Shown in pieces: positions 17,301-25,550 of a DNA stretch of 28,482 bases. This stretch comes from Betaproteobacteria bacterium (GTDB lineage Bacteria > Pseudomonadota > Gammaproteobacteria > Burkholderiales > JACQAP01). Location: contig JANOGH010000273.1 in assembly GCA_031414075.1 (NCBI GenBank), positions 1 through 28,482 of the forward strand. The letters are read 5' to 3'. Position numbers and translations under genes: made by a program. The notes beneath the pieces were generated by a model. That model was not told where the DNA came from. It saw nothing but the letters and a program-made list of their open reading frames with translations, and did no database searches. Each line of letters opens with the position of its first letter. Position 1 is the first letter of the stretch.

Positions 17301-18042
17301 GGATTCCAGCGCAAACCCGGTCGGCAGCTGGTCGAACGGCGTTGCCAGCATCACGGCGACCACCGGCATCCGTCGCGCCACGCCCGACAACCCGGATGGA
17401 CCCTTTACCGCGGTGCAATTCGGCATCGCGCCGGTCGATTCGGACGGCGTCGCGATGAGTACGCTTGATTTTGACGCCGACGGCAATAGTGTCAACGAGC
17501 GGACCAATCTTGGCGTGACGACCGAAGTTCGCTTCGGGCGCATGCGGCTCGGCAATGCTTTCGGCAGCACACTGCTCGACCTGCCGTTGCCGTTGACAAT
17601 CGAGTACTACAACAGCAGTGGCGTATTCACCCTCAACACCAGCGACAGTTGCACCACGTTGTTGGCAAGCAATCTGAGTTTTGCATTTGTTGGCGGCACG
17701 CCGAATCTGGTTGCGTGTGAAACGAGCATCAGTCCGGTCTCGACCCTCTATTTCACCTCTGGCAAGGCGTCGGCTACGGCGCCGCCGGCAACCACGCCGC
17801 TGCCGAGACTGACCAAACCCGGCGCAGGTAACGATGGCGCAGTGGACATCACGGTCAATCTGGGGGCAGCCTTGGGCAATACATGCCTGGCCGGCATATC
17901 CAGCCCCGCGACGGGCGCAGGCAAGACCTGGCTGCAGGGCAACTGGGGCGCCGCGACCTATGACAGAAACCCGCAGGGGCGGGCGGCATTCGGCGTGTTC
18001 AAAAGCGCCGATCAATTTCTCTATTTGCGTGAAGTTTATTGA
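14359..18042 (+). CDS. mshQ: MshQ-like large secreted pilus-tip adhesin (DUF6701-type C-terminus, variable N-terminus)
   Basis: Signal peptide MRKIFSVLLLLVCTTMAGTACA|Q. Beta-rich Ala/Thr/Gly body. MshQ-type C-terminus ('VGRFRP..F', 'RFGRMRLGNAFGS..LPL', 'WL..NW...YD.NP.GRAAFGVF...FLYLREVY'). Alternative starts at 14269 and 14350. Confidence 0.85.
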   Translation: MRKIFSVLLLLVCTTMAGTACAQIAFRAASSASLEATTITLRGAGAAAEINPAATGACAATQFITPAIPAGSNGDLLVALVHNRDGATLTPSGAAWTTLHTDDQTNHRTRVYWRLATGTDTLTVTKTGTCTVNGVMIGQVARYNGVDFTQPFEATVRFGYQTAAAVVNHAGGTINATVANSLSLFAAMVSDNNTVNAPTPATFTAAFNTLTATGNDANIALFHKLETTTGNKGPYASTMSATDPSTGVYAIVRPSLGLTIPVPAGTVVGDVMIASVTVRPCSNAALPCTVTVAAHADWTLVGSQLQPAGGGTGGNGNQLFVYRRVVTGTEPAAYTWTFGGAPVQAGAAGGILSFSGVDTASPIVAQLGALTASASSHTAPQIDTGLVANTMLVSTHASNSSTTWLFPGGMTERVDEASLVPTNDLGLSIEMNTELRAAAGLTGTRQATYTTPGTPANDTGATHMLALRPAVPVNHYAISVLSTTVVNCDYAQVTITAHNAAHAAVNPPSIRTVTLSVSAGAATAAWQPTLVVGTGGWTPAGATATYLWPGNESSFTVRLRQSAVTSLTVNANDTFVTEALAEDPTISFVNSVFRISNGANAALSIGTQIAGKPSNTGVGTQSLFLQAIRTDTVTGACTSIFPSGSEVDIGVGAQCNSPASCTQNVTLTTTSGTGSPTGSFVPAGAGTYPVTIRFRFSTANAEAPFFFGYADAGQITLQFRHITAAPAVTIAGTSNAFATRPFGFAFRGAIAATSIQHGTLPSSALLAAAGDPFTMTVGAYLWAAAEDDGTGNPLPGANITDNGLTPNFASATTVSASANLPGVALGAVSRGAACANPATIAAGSFAGGSATVNDWCYSEAGNAFLTAASNNYISAGANITGNSGLDGTGAAGGYVGRFRPKNFVLSGLPTLTNRSAATCAPASAFTYMNEGLDVAFTLVARNTQGATTQNYDGLYAKLGIGTFANFNFGARSGATDLIARVDSSANPVGSWSNGVASITATTGIRRATPDNPDGPFTAVQFGIAPVDSDGVAMSTLDFDADGNSVNERTNLGVTTEVRFGRMRLGNAFGSTLLDLPLPLTIEYYNSSGVFTLNTSDSCTTLLASNLSFAFVGGTPNLVACETSISPVSTLYFTSGKASATAPPATTPLPRLTKPGAGNDGAVDITVNLGAALGNTCLAGISSPATGAGKTWLQGNWGAATYDRNPQGRAAFGVFKSADQFLYLREVY
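14425..15765 (+). repeat. Two homologous ~215-230 aa beta-rich domains in the MshQ N-terminus, apparently nested
   Basis: Shared pattern: I-x-(F/L)-R-x-A ... (I/V)PAG..GD(L/V)(L/M)(V/I)A ... W(T)xL ... (V)Y(W/R)R ... (Y/F)xGVD ... RP end. Aligned by eye at protein level only. Confidence 0.65.
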
Positions 18043-18067
18043 ATCAGAAAGGGCTTTAAATTCCGTA

Positions 18068-18096
18068 TTGACGACAATGGGTTATTGATATATCTT
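18068..18096 (+). promoter_or_regulatory. Candidate sigma70 promoter for mshI-N
   Basis: TTGACG (18068-73), 17 nt, TATCTT (18091-96), in an AT-rich 70-nt spacer. Confidence 0.6.
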
Positions 18097-18112
18097 CGAG
18101 TGCATAATTAAG

Positions 18113-19060
18113 ATGAGACCGATGCGCTCCCTGTTTTCCCGTCAGCAAGCTGCCGAATTGGCAGCGGTAAACCTCTTTGGCGATCGCGCAGAGGTTGGGC
18201 AGGTTCGTCGTAACGGCTCGGGGCGGCCTGTCGTGAACGTGTGTACGCATTTTTCCAATACAGGGGACGAAGTCGAAACACTGCAGCGGCTGCGCCGCGA
18301 GTTGCATCTGGATAGGTTCATGTGTGCGACCCTGTTGCCGGCGCGACAATATCAGTTGCAATCGATCGATGCGCCGAACGTTCCCGAAGCGGAGATGAAA
18401 TCGGCCGTGCGCTGGCGGCTGAAGGACTTTCTCGAGTATCCGGTGGAGACCGCGACCGTCGACGTCGTGGCGATTCCCGCGGATCACACCGCCGCCGGTC
18501 GCGGCCGGTCGGTTTACGCCGTCTCCGCCCGCAACCAGGACATTGAATCGCGCATGAAACTGTTCGCCCAGGCCAAGATTCCGTTGCGCGTGATCGAGGT
18601 CGCGGAGATGGCGCAGCGTAATCTTGCCACGCTGTTCGAATCCGACCAGCGTGCCTTGGCGATGCTCAGCTTCAGCGAGGAAGGCGGACTGCTCACCTTC
18701 AGCGCCAGAGGCGAGCTTTATCTGTCACGCCGGATCGAGATCAGTCTCGATCAGCTGGTCGGTGTGCGGGCAGCGGAGCGCGATCAATTGTTCGAACGCA
18801 TTACCCTGGAATTGCAGCGCTCGCTGGATCACTTCGATCGCCAGTTCAGCAGCATTCCGCTGGCGCGTCTGCTGCTGGCGCCATTGCCGGACGAGCTGGG
18901 ATTGTCCGCCTACCTTGCGGGAAACCTGTCGGCACTAGTGGAATCGGTGAACCTGGGCGACGTGCTCGATTTTCACGACGTGCCGGAACTGCGCGAACCG
19001 ACTGAACAGATGATGCGGTGGCAGACTCTCGGCACGGCGTTGCGTGTCGAATCGGCATAG
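18113..19060 (+). CDS. mshI: MshI1 (PilM-like cytoplasmic alignment protein)
   Basis: 'YQLQSIDAPNVPEAEMKSAVRWRLKD', 'EMAQRNLA', 'ERITLELQRSLDHFDRQFS', typical of MshI. Confidence 0.85.
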   Translation: MRPMRSLFSRQQAAELAAVNLFGDRAEVGQVRRNGSGRPVVNVCTHFSNTGDEVETLQRLRRELHLDRFMCATLLPARQYQLQSIDAPNVPEAEMKSAVRWRLKDFLEYPVETATVDVVAIPADHTAAGRGRSVYAVSARNQDIESRMKLFAQAKIPLRVIEVAEMAQRNLATLFESDQRALAMLSFSEEGGLLTFSARGELYLSRRIEISLDQLVGVRAAERDQLFERITLELQRSLDHFDRQFSSIPLARLLLAPLPDELGLSAYLAGNLSALVESVNLGDVLDFHDVPELREPTEQMMRWQTLGTALRVESA

Positions 19061-19078
19061 AACGGAGAAAAAACAGCC

Positions 19079-19729
19079 ATGCCGCAGCAGATCAACCTGT
19101 ATAACCCGGCCTTCGAGGCGAAGCGCGCGCTGATTTCCATTAAGGGTGCAGCCGCCGGATGGGCGGCGACGACGGCACTGGTCGTTGCGTTTGCCGGCTA
19201 TCAGTCGATCAGCTTGCGTTCAGCTCAGCAACAGGAGCACGAACTGGAGCGGCAGCTCAGCACCGCGCAGGCCGACGCTCAACGATTAGGAAGTCAAATG
19301 GCATCGCGCCGGCACGATCCGCGGATAATCGAGGAGGTCACTCAACTGGAAGGGGACGTCAAAGGCCGGCAGGAAGTCATGAATATGCTGCGCTCCGGCG
19401 AACTCGGGGATACCCGTGGTTTTTCCGACCATCTCACGGCGTTCGCGCGCCAGTCATTCGAAGGTGTCTGGCTGACCGGATTGAGCATCGCAGCGGCTGG
19501 ACGCGACGTTGCGGTCGAAGGGCGCGCCCTGCAAGCCGCCTACGTCCCGAGTTATCTCAAGCGGTTGAACGGTGAAAATGCGATGGGAGGACATCCCTTT
19601 TCGGAATTGGTCATTCAGGAGCCTGCGCCCGATCCGGCTGCGAAGGCCCCGGTCCGTTCCAACTACGTGGAATTCCGACTGAGCACCAAGCCGAATGCGA
19701 GCGCCATGCCCAAGGCTGGAACACAATGA
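19079..19729 (+). CDS. MshI2 (PilN-domain protein)
   Basis: 'QQINLYNP', single TM helix, coiled coil, PilN-like 'GVWLTGLSI...VEGRAL...VPSYLKRL'. Confidence 0.8.
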   Translation: MPQQINLYNPAFEAKRALISIKGAAAGWAATTALVVAFAGYQSISLRSAQQQEHELERQLSTAQADAQRLGSQMASRRHDPRIIEEVTQLEGDVKGRQEVMNMLRSGELGDTRGFSDHLTAFARQSFEGVWLTGLSIAAAGRDVAVEGRALQAAYVPSYLKRLNGENAMGGHPFSELVIQEPAPDPAAKAPVRSNYVEFRLSTKPNASAMPKAGTQ

Positions 19730-20409
19730 AGCAGGCGTGGGAAAAGCTCGCACGCAGATTCGATGCCCTGAAGCCGCGCGAGCGCGTAATGGTGTTCGCG
19801 GCCGGGGTGGCGATCATAGCCGGATTGGGCTTCGTCCTGGCGATCGATGGCGCACTTGCCAGACATAAAATCCTGGCGGCCAATGCCGAAAAGCACCGTA
19901 TCGATCTAGCGCAATTGCAGAAGCAGAACGCGGAATTGTCCCGCCTGCTCAACCAGGATGCGGACGCGGAAGCACGCAAGCGCATCGATGATCTGCGGCG
20001 TCAATTGGGGGGCTTTGACACCGAGCTGCGAAGCGTTCAGCAGGGTCTGGTGCCGCCCAACCGGATGGTCAAGGTCCTTGAAGACATGCTGAGCCGCGAC
20101 TCGCATGTGCGTTTGGTGAAACTGCGCACCCTTCCGGTTGCAGCCCTGATGGAACCGGCGGGCGTCCCTGTCGACGACACGGCGGTAAAACCACCCGTGG
20201 CGTCGAAAAATCTGGTCTACAAACACGGCATGGAGTTGACGGTCGAAGGCAATTATCTTGACCTGCTGGCGTATCAGGCGCGACTGGAGAAACTTCCATG
20301 GCGCATGTTTTTTGCTCGCACCAGCGTGAACGCAATCGACTATCCACGAGTGCTCATGACGATCAAGCTGTATACCCTCAGTCTGGAGGAAGCGTGGCTG
20401 GTCGTGTGA
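19726..20409 (+). CDS. mshJ: MshJ (PilO/GspM-like)
   Basis: 'FDALKPRERVMV', TM helix, 'LVPPNRM', 'YKHGMELTVEGNYLDLLAYQARLEKLPW', 'YTLSLEEAWL'. Confidence 0.85.
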   Translation: MKQAWEKLARRFDALKPRERVMVFAAGVAIIAGLGFVLAIDGALARHKILAANAEKHRIDLAQLQKQNAELSRLLNQDADAEARKRIDDLRRQLGGFDTELRSVQQGLVPPNRMVKVLEDMLSRDSHVRLVKLRTLPVAALMEPAGVPVDDTAVKPPVASKNLVYKHGMELTVEGNYLDLLAYQARLEKLPWRMFFARTSVNAIDYPRVLMTIKLYTLSLEEAWLVV

Positions 20410-20825
20410 TGCACCATTCGCCGATCCTGGCTGCACTGATCTGCGTCGTGACGGCCTCGACAGCAGCCGCACAGACTTTGCGTGATCCGACCCGGCCTCC
20501 GTCGGTGGCGAGTGCCAGGGGAGGCGCAGGCAGGATCGAACAGTCGGCATGGATTCTCCAGTCGGTACTCATTTCGCCCGAACGCCGTTACGCGATCATC
20601 AACGGTGAGGTCGTCAAGCTGGGCGGCTCGATTGCGGGTGCCGAACTGGTTGCCGTTGCCGAGGAGCGCGTGACGCTGCGCACGCAGGATGGATTGCGCA
20701 TCGTCCACCTGTTTCCCGACGTAAGCAGACTGGACACCGCCGACGCAACCAGGCGCATACCCGTGCCAGACGCGGGAAAAAACATGAAATCTGACCCACC
20801 TGGTAACGCCGCAACGAAGCAATGA
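20409..20825 (+). CDS. mshK: MshK (PilP-like)
   Basis: Signal peptide then 'LRDPTRPP', 'LQSVLIS...AIING'. Start 20409 overlaps the mshJ stop (TGATG). Confidence 0.82.
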   Translation: MHHSPILAALICVVTASTAAAQTLRDPTRPPSVASARGGAGRIEQSAWILQSVLISPERRYAIINGEVVKLGGSIAGAELVAVAEERVTLRTQDGLRIVHLFPDVSRLDTADATRRIPVPDAGKNMKSDPPGNAATKQ

Positions 20826-22606
20826 ACAAGACCAGGGACGCCATGAGACGGATTCTCGCCGTGCTGCTGTTGGGTCTGCTGAGTGCGTGCGCGACGACGA
20901 CACCCACCGGCACGACTTACGACGGTGCGAAGAAAGGAATGGCCGAAGCCGCGCGCCTCCCGCAATCCACCTCCCAGTCGGAAGACGTGGGCCGTGCCCT
21001 GTTGCCCCCGCTCAAGGTGGAAATGCCGCAGGTCGACGGTCGGCTGATCGAACCGCGATTCGATCTGGCGGTCAACAATGCGCCAGCGGGGCAGGTGTTC
21101 ATGGCGATCGTCTCCGGCACCCGCTACAGCATGGTTGTGCATCCCGGCGTCAAGGATCCGATCTCGGTGAACCTGCGCGACGTGACCGTATTCGAAGCCC
21201 TGGACACGATTCGCGAGGTCTACGGTTACGAATACAAGATGCTGGGCAATCGCATCCTGATCGAGCCCCTCAGCCTGCAAACTCGCGTGTACCAGGTGAA
21301 CTACCTGATGAGCCAGCGCAAGGGCAAGACCGAGGTCAGGGTGAACTCCGGATCCATATCCGATTCTGCTCCGAATGCCGGAGGTGCCGCGCAGCCTGCC
21401 GGCACCGGCGCCGGCGTGACGACAACGGCACTGGAGAGCGTCCGCGTCGTCACCACTTCGACCAATGATTTCTGGGTAGAGATAACTGCCGCACTGAACG
21501 CCATCGTCGGCAAAGAAGGCGGTCGCAACGTCGTGGTAAGCCCGCAGTCTGGTGTAGTCGTCGTGCGCGCATTGCCCTCGGAATTACGCGGTGTCACCGA
21601 TTTCCTCAAGACCATGCAGGTGGTGATCGAGCGGCAAGTGATGCTGGAAGCCAAGATCATCGAAGTACAGCTGTCCGACACGCATCAGTCGGGCGTCAAT
21701 TGGGCTGCATTCGGCCAGGGCACGAACAGCCGGGTCGCTGGCGGCGTGCTCGGTCCCGGCTCGGTGCTTCAACCGAACGGACCTGTCAGCGCCTTTACGT
21801 CGAGGAATACCGACGGTTCCGTCGCCTTCAGCTCGCTGCTGACCGCGAATCCGGCCTCTCCTGCTTCGATCATCGCTGGTCCAGGCACGCCCGGAACCTT
21901 GTTCGGCCTGGCGTTCCAGACCAGCAACTTTGCCGCATTGATCTCTTTTCTGGAAACCCAGGGCAATCTGCAGGTGTTATCCAGCCCGCGCATCGCCGCT
22001 CTGAATAACCAGAAAGCGGTGCTGAAAGTCGGCACCGACGAGTTCTTCGTTACCAATATCACCACCAATACCACGACCACCGGCCTTACCAATACTCAGT
22101 CGCCGACGATCACCACAGCACCGTTCTTCTCTGGCGTGGCGCTCGACGTCACGCCGCAAATCGACGAAAACAACCAGATCATCCTGCATATTCACCCGTC
22201 CGTTTCCAGAGTCATCGAGAAGACGCAAAACATCGATTTGGGAACTTCCGGCACTTTCCGGCTGCCGCTGGCATCCAGCACAATCCAGGAGAGCGATACC
22301 ATCGTCAGGGTGTCCAATACAAACATCGTCGCCATCGGTGGCTTGATGAATGAAGTGACCACGCGCGACAGCAACGGCGTGCCCGTATTGGGAAACATCC
22401 CCGGAGTCGGCAGTCTTTTCAGCAGCAAGAGCCGGTCCGTCAGAAAAAGCGAGTTGGTGATCCTGATCAAACCAACGGTCATCGAAAACGACGCAAGTTG
22501 GCGTCAGGATATACTGGACGCCAAAGAGCGCATCGATGCCTACGAACGCACTGACCGCCCCGCGGGCAAAACCAAGCCCGCAAATTCTGCTGCGCCGGCA
22601 CAGTAA
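20822..22606 (+). CDS. mshL: Outer-membrane secretin MshL (lipoprotein)
   Basis: Lipobox LSA|C, STN/N domains, 'RQVMLEAKIIEVQLSD..QSGVNW', 'LSSPRI...NNQKAVLKVG', 'PFFSGVALDVTPQI', 'ELVILIKP'. Start may be 20843. Confidence 0.95.
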   Translation: MNKTRDAMRRILAVLLLGLLSACATTTPTGTTYDGAKKGMAEAARLPQSTSQSEDVGRALLPPLKVEMPQVDGRLIEPRFDLAVNNAPAGQVFMAIVSGTRYSMVVHPGVKDPISVNLRDVTVFEALDTIREVYGYEYKMLGNRILIEPLSLQTRVYQVNYLMSQRKGKTEVRVNSGSISDSAPNAGGAAQPAGTGAGVTTTALESVRVVTTSTNDFWVEITAALNAIVGKEGGRNVVVSPQSGVVVVRALPSELRGVTDFLKTMQVVIERQVMLEAKIIEVQLSDTHQSGVNWAAFGQGTNSRVAGGVLGPGSVLQPNGPVSAFTSRNTDGSVAFSSLLTANPASPASIIAGPGTPGTLFGLAFQTSNFAALISFLETQGNLQVLSSPRIAALNNQKAVLKVGTDEFFVTNITTNTTTTGLTNTQSPTITTAPFFSGVALDVTPQIDENNQIILHIHPSVSRVIEKTQNIDLGTSGTFRLPLASSTIQESDTIVRVSNTNIVAIGGLMNEVTTRDSNGVPVLGNIPGVGSLFSSKSRSVRKSELVILIKPTVIENDASWRQDILDAKERIDAYERTDRPAGKTKPANSAAPAQ

Positions 22607-22663
22607 TCCTCCCGGCGCCGCGAGAGAACCGGCTGTTACGCCGATCCGGCGTCAGCGCTGACG

Positions 22664-23557
22664 ATGTACCGCACCCATTTCGCCCTGCGTGAGCTACCGT
22701 TCGGGCTGACGCCTGATACGACCTTCGCTTTTGCCTGCACACCGCATCAGGAGGCGCTCAATACGCTTCTGGTCGCGGCAGCCAATGGCGAAGGGTTCAT
22801 GAAGATTACGGGCGAAGTCGGTACCGGGAAAACCTTGTTATGCCGCCGCTTCCTGTCTCAACTCGACGGCGACACCGTCACAGCTTACATTCCCAATCCG
22901 CTGCTCGATCCGCATGGTTTGCTGCTGGCTCTGGCGGAAGAGCTGCGTGTGGATATCGACGGCGATGAAGACCAGCACAGCTTGATGAAATCATTGAATG
23001 ATGTGCTGCTGGGGCATGCGCGGGCGGACAAGCGCGTTCTGGTCTGCCTGGATGAAGCACAGGCAATGCCGCTGGAAACACTGGAATCGTTGCGGCTGTT
23101 GTCCAACCTGGAAACCGAGAAGCGCAAGCTTTTCCAGGTAGTCTTGTTCGGACAACCTGAACTCGATGCGAAGCTGGCCCACGAGTCGGTCCGACAACTG
23201 CAGCAACGCATCACGTTCCAATATCACCTCTCGCCGCTCTCCCGCCGAGAACTCGAATACTACATTTCGCATCGCCTGCGGATTGCCGGGTACATGGGCG
23301 ATCGCCTGTTCAACGCCGCGGCGCTGAATGCGCTCTACAGAGCGAGTCGAGGTGTGCCGCGAATGATCAATGTGCTCGCGCACAAGGCAATGCTGGCGGC
23401 GTACGGAAAGGGCAAGCACTATGTATCCTCAGCGCATGTTCGCAGCGCAACCAAGGACACACCCTCCGCCCGACCCATTCATTCTTTGATGGTCTGGGCC
23501 GGCGTCGCCGCGATGGGCGTCGTCGCTGCGTTGATCTACTGGTATCTGAATCGATGA
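22664..23557 (+). CDS. mshM: MshM (ExeA-family AAA ATPase)
   Basis: MYRTHFALRELPFGLTPD, Walker A GEVGTGKT, Walker B CLDEAQ, 'LFGQPEL', 'RGVPRMINVLAHKAM'. Confidence 0.92.
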   Translation: MYRTHFALRELPFGLTPDTTFAFACTPHQEALNTLLVAAANGEGFMKITGEVGTGKTLLCRRFLSQLDGDTVTAYIPNPLLDPHGLLLALAEELRVDIDGDEDQHSLMKSLNDVLLGHARADKRVLVCLDEAQAMPLETLESLRLLSNLETEKRKLFQVVLFGQPELDAKLAHESVRQLQQRITFQYHLSPLSRRELEYYISHRLRIAGYMGDRLFNAAALNALYRASRGVPRMINVLAHKAMLAAYGKGKHYVSSAHVRSATKDTPSARPIHSLMVWAGVAAMGVVAALIYWYLNR

Positions 23558-24768
23558 GTCTGATCAACGAAGTCTTGCAGGATCTCGAAAAGCGTCATGC
23601 ATCCGAGTCCGAGCTGAAAACGCTGCCGCCGTACGTACGTTCGGTACCAGATCGGCCGCAAACGCCCATTCGGATGTACGTAGTCGCCGCCGCACTCATG
23701 GCGGCTCTCATCGCGGTGACTTTTTTCATCGCGGGCAGCCGCCGAGCGCCGGAGGACAATGCCCAGAAGATTGTCGCCAAGCCGATTGCGGTGCCCTCGC
23801 CAGCGCCTGTGCCGGCACCGGAGGTGCCCGTCGCGCCGCCTCTGGCGGGGCTGCCGGTGCAAACAGCGACGTTCAACGCCGTCTCCAGGATTTCGGATGA
23901 ATTGAGCCTCATTGGGCCGCGATCGACGCGGCCGGAGAAACCGGCGGGTACTGGGCGCAATGTGAAGCCCAGCCCTGCGAAGCCGGTTGTGGATGTCGCA
24001 GCTGAGTCCTCAACTCAAGCTGAAAAACCGCAAGTACCGGTGATTGATGCCGTACCCAAGATCGAAGCGGTAACCAAAACGGCTGCGGCCACCCTCGAGC
24101 GAGTAACCCCCCAGGCTGCGCCTCCGTCCGCTGCTGCGCAAAGCGCACCAGGCGCGATCGACAAGCAGATGCGTGAAGTGACGCCAACGGATCGCGCCGA
24201 GATCGCATTTCGCCGGGGTGTAACGCAACTCCAGGAGGGCAGGGCAAATGCGGCCGAGTTGGAATTCCGTGACGCGTTGAAGCAGGATCCGTCGCATATC
24301 GCCGCCCTCCAGGCACTGCTCGGACTGCTGCTGGACAGCGGTCGCAACAACGACGCCGAACAGCTTTTGCGCAAGGCGCTCGAGCTTAATCCGCGGCAGC
24401 CGCGCCACGCCATGGTACTGGCGCGTCTGGAAGTGGAGCGTGGTGAGCTGACCGGTGCAATCAATACCATGGTGGGCGCGCTGCCCTATGTTAAGTCCGA
24501 TCCCGAATTTTATGCCTTCCTCGCGGCCTTGTTGCAGCGGGAAGGACGGCACCGGGAGGCGGTCGACTATTATCGCGCCGCCCTGCGCGGTGTACCCGGT
24601 AACGGCGTTTGGATGATGGGTCTCGGCATATCCTTGCGTGCGGCGAATCAATCGGCGGAAGCGCGCGATGCATTTCAGCGCGCCATTGAGTCGAAGCAAC
24701 TGGCGCCGGATCTGCGGGAATTCGTCGAGCGACAGTTGCGCGAGCTGTCCGCCCAGAAGAAAAAATAA
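23554..24768 (+). CDS. mshN: MshN (TPR-repeat protein)
   Basis: 'MSLINEVLQDLEKR', TM helix, Pro/Ala-rich linker, C-terminal TPRs ('WMMGLGISL'). Confidence 0.88.
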   Translation: MSLINEVLQDLEKRHASESELKTLPPYVRSVPDRPQTPIRMYVVAAALMAALIAVTFFIAGSRRAPEDNAQKIVAKPIAVPSPAPVPAPEVPVAPPLAGLPVQTATFNAVSRISDELSLIGPRSTRPEKPAGTGRNVKPSPAKPVVDVAAESSTQAEKPQVPVIDAVPKIEAVTKTAAATLERVTPQAAPPSAAAQSAPGAIDKQMREVTPTDRAEIAFRRGVTQLQEGRANAAELEFRDALKQDPSHIAALQALLGLLLDSGRNNDAEQLLRKALELNPRQPRHAMVLARLEVERGELTGAINTMVGALPYVKSDPEFYAFLAALLQREGRHREAVDYYRAALRGVPGNGVWMMGLGISLRAANQSAEARDAFQRAIESKQLAPDLREFVERQLRELSAQKKK

Positions 24769-24771
24769 TCG

Positions 24772-25494
24772 TCAGGCTTCACCCGGCGCGGGCGTTCGCG
24801 CCGCAATCCAGCCGATGACTTCGCGCGCGCCGCGGCGTTTGAGCGTTAGCGCCAGTTCGTTGAGCGTCGCTCCCGTGGTCAGCACGTCATCAACGACGGC
24901 CACTGATTTTCCGCTTACATCGACATCACACGCAAAGGCGTTGCGCACATTGGTCGCGCGTTGCTTCCACGGCAGGACCGTCTGCGGCGCGCTTTCGCGT
25001 GTCCGACGGCAGATGTCGACGGCAATATCCAGGCCGAAGTCCGCTGCCAGCCGTTGCGAAATTTCCATGGCCTGATTGAATCCGCGATCCGCCAGCCGCT
25101 CGCGCGCCAGGGGCATCGGAATGATCAGATCCGGATAGGGCTCTTCGTCCAGCGCCGCGGCCAAACCCGCTGCCAGCGGTCGTGCGCAGGCAAGATTGCC
25201 GCGATACTTCAATCCCTGGATCAGTACTGTGGCGGGAAATTCATACATGAATGGCGCAACGACACGATCGAAATGCGGCGGCTTGTTGAGGCAGCGTCCG
25301 CATACTTCTCCCGTCGGATCAGGTATCGCGCAGACCGGACAATGGCGGCCTGTCAGCCTGGGCAAGCTATTGCGGCAGCCTTCGCACAGGCCATCCACGT
25401 CGCCGTGCCCGCCGCACAGCAGGCAGACAGGAGAAATCAGCCAATGGGCAATCGGCAGGCAGTTGTCAAAAATGCGATAAATTGAATTTGACAT
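24772..25494 (-). CDS. comF: ComF family protein (double zinc ribbon plus PRTase-like domain)
   Basis: CLLC...CEGC...CPVC...CGRC, 'RGFNQA', '[12 protein letters not shown]'. Exact start uncertain. Confidence 0.93.
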   Translation of the reverse strand: MSNSIYRIFDNCLPIAHWLISPVCLLCGGHGDVDGLCEGCRNSLPRLTGRHCPVCAIPDPTGEVCGRCLNKPPHFDRVVAPFMYEFPATVLIQGLKYRGNLACARPLAAGLAAALDEEPYPDLIIPMPLARERLADRGFNQAMEISQRLAADFGLDIAVDICRRTRESAPQTVLPWKQRATNVRNAFACDVDVSGKSVAVVDDVLTTGATLNELALTLKRRGAREVIGWIAARTPAPGEA

Positions 25495-25550
25495 GGATCA
25501 GCGCTTCCCCGACCATCGCTATGTCCAGATTCCAAGCTGCAACCGATAGC

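Noticed and set aside
14455-18015. Long antisense ORFs opposite mshQ (469 and 459 aa) and similar shadows (7288-8151, 9867-10739, 25635-26540, 26765-27763)
   Set aside because: Arg/Gly/Ala-rich with no motifs. This is the expected by-product of GC-rich codon bias opposite real genes.
7327-24768. Type II secretion system
   Set aside because: No GspC, L, N or K-type set. The MshI/J/K/L/M/N/O/P/Q signatures and MshA-like pilins point to an MSHA-type pilus.
7230-24771. msh block as a recent genomic island or mobile element
   Set aside because: No integrase, transposase, tRNA or flanking direct repeats seen. Composition looks like the flanks by eye.
24772-25494. comF next to the pilus locus as evidence for a DNA-uptake system
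   Set aside because: comF is convergent with mshN and belongs to the conserved backbone. No comEA, comEC or dprA is in the window.
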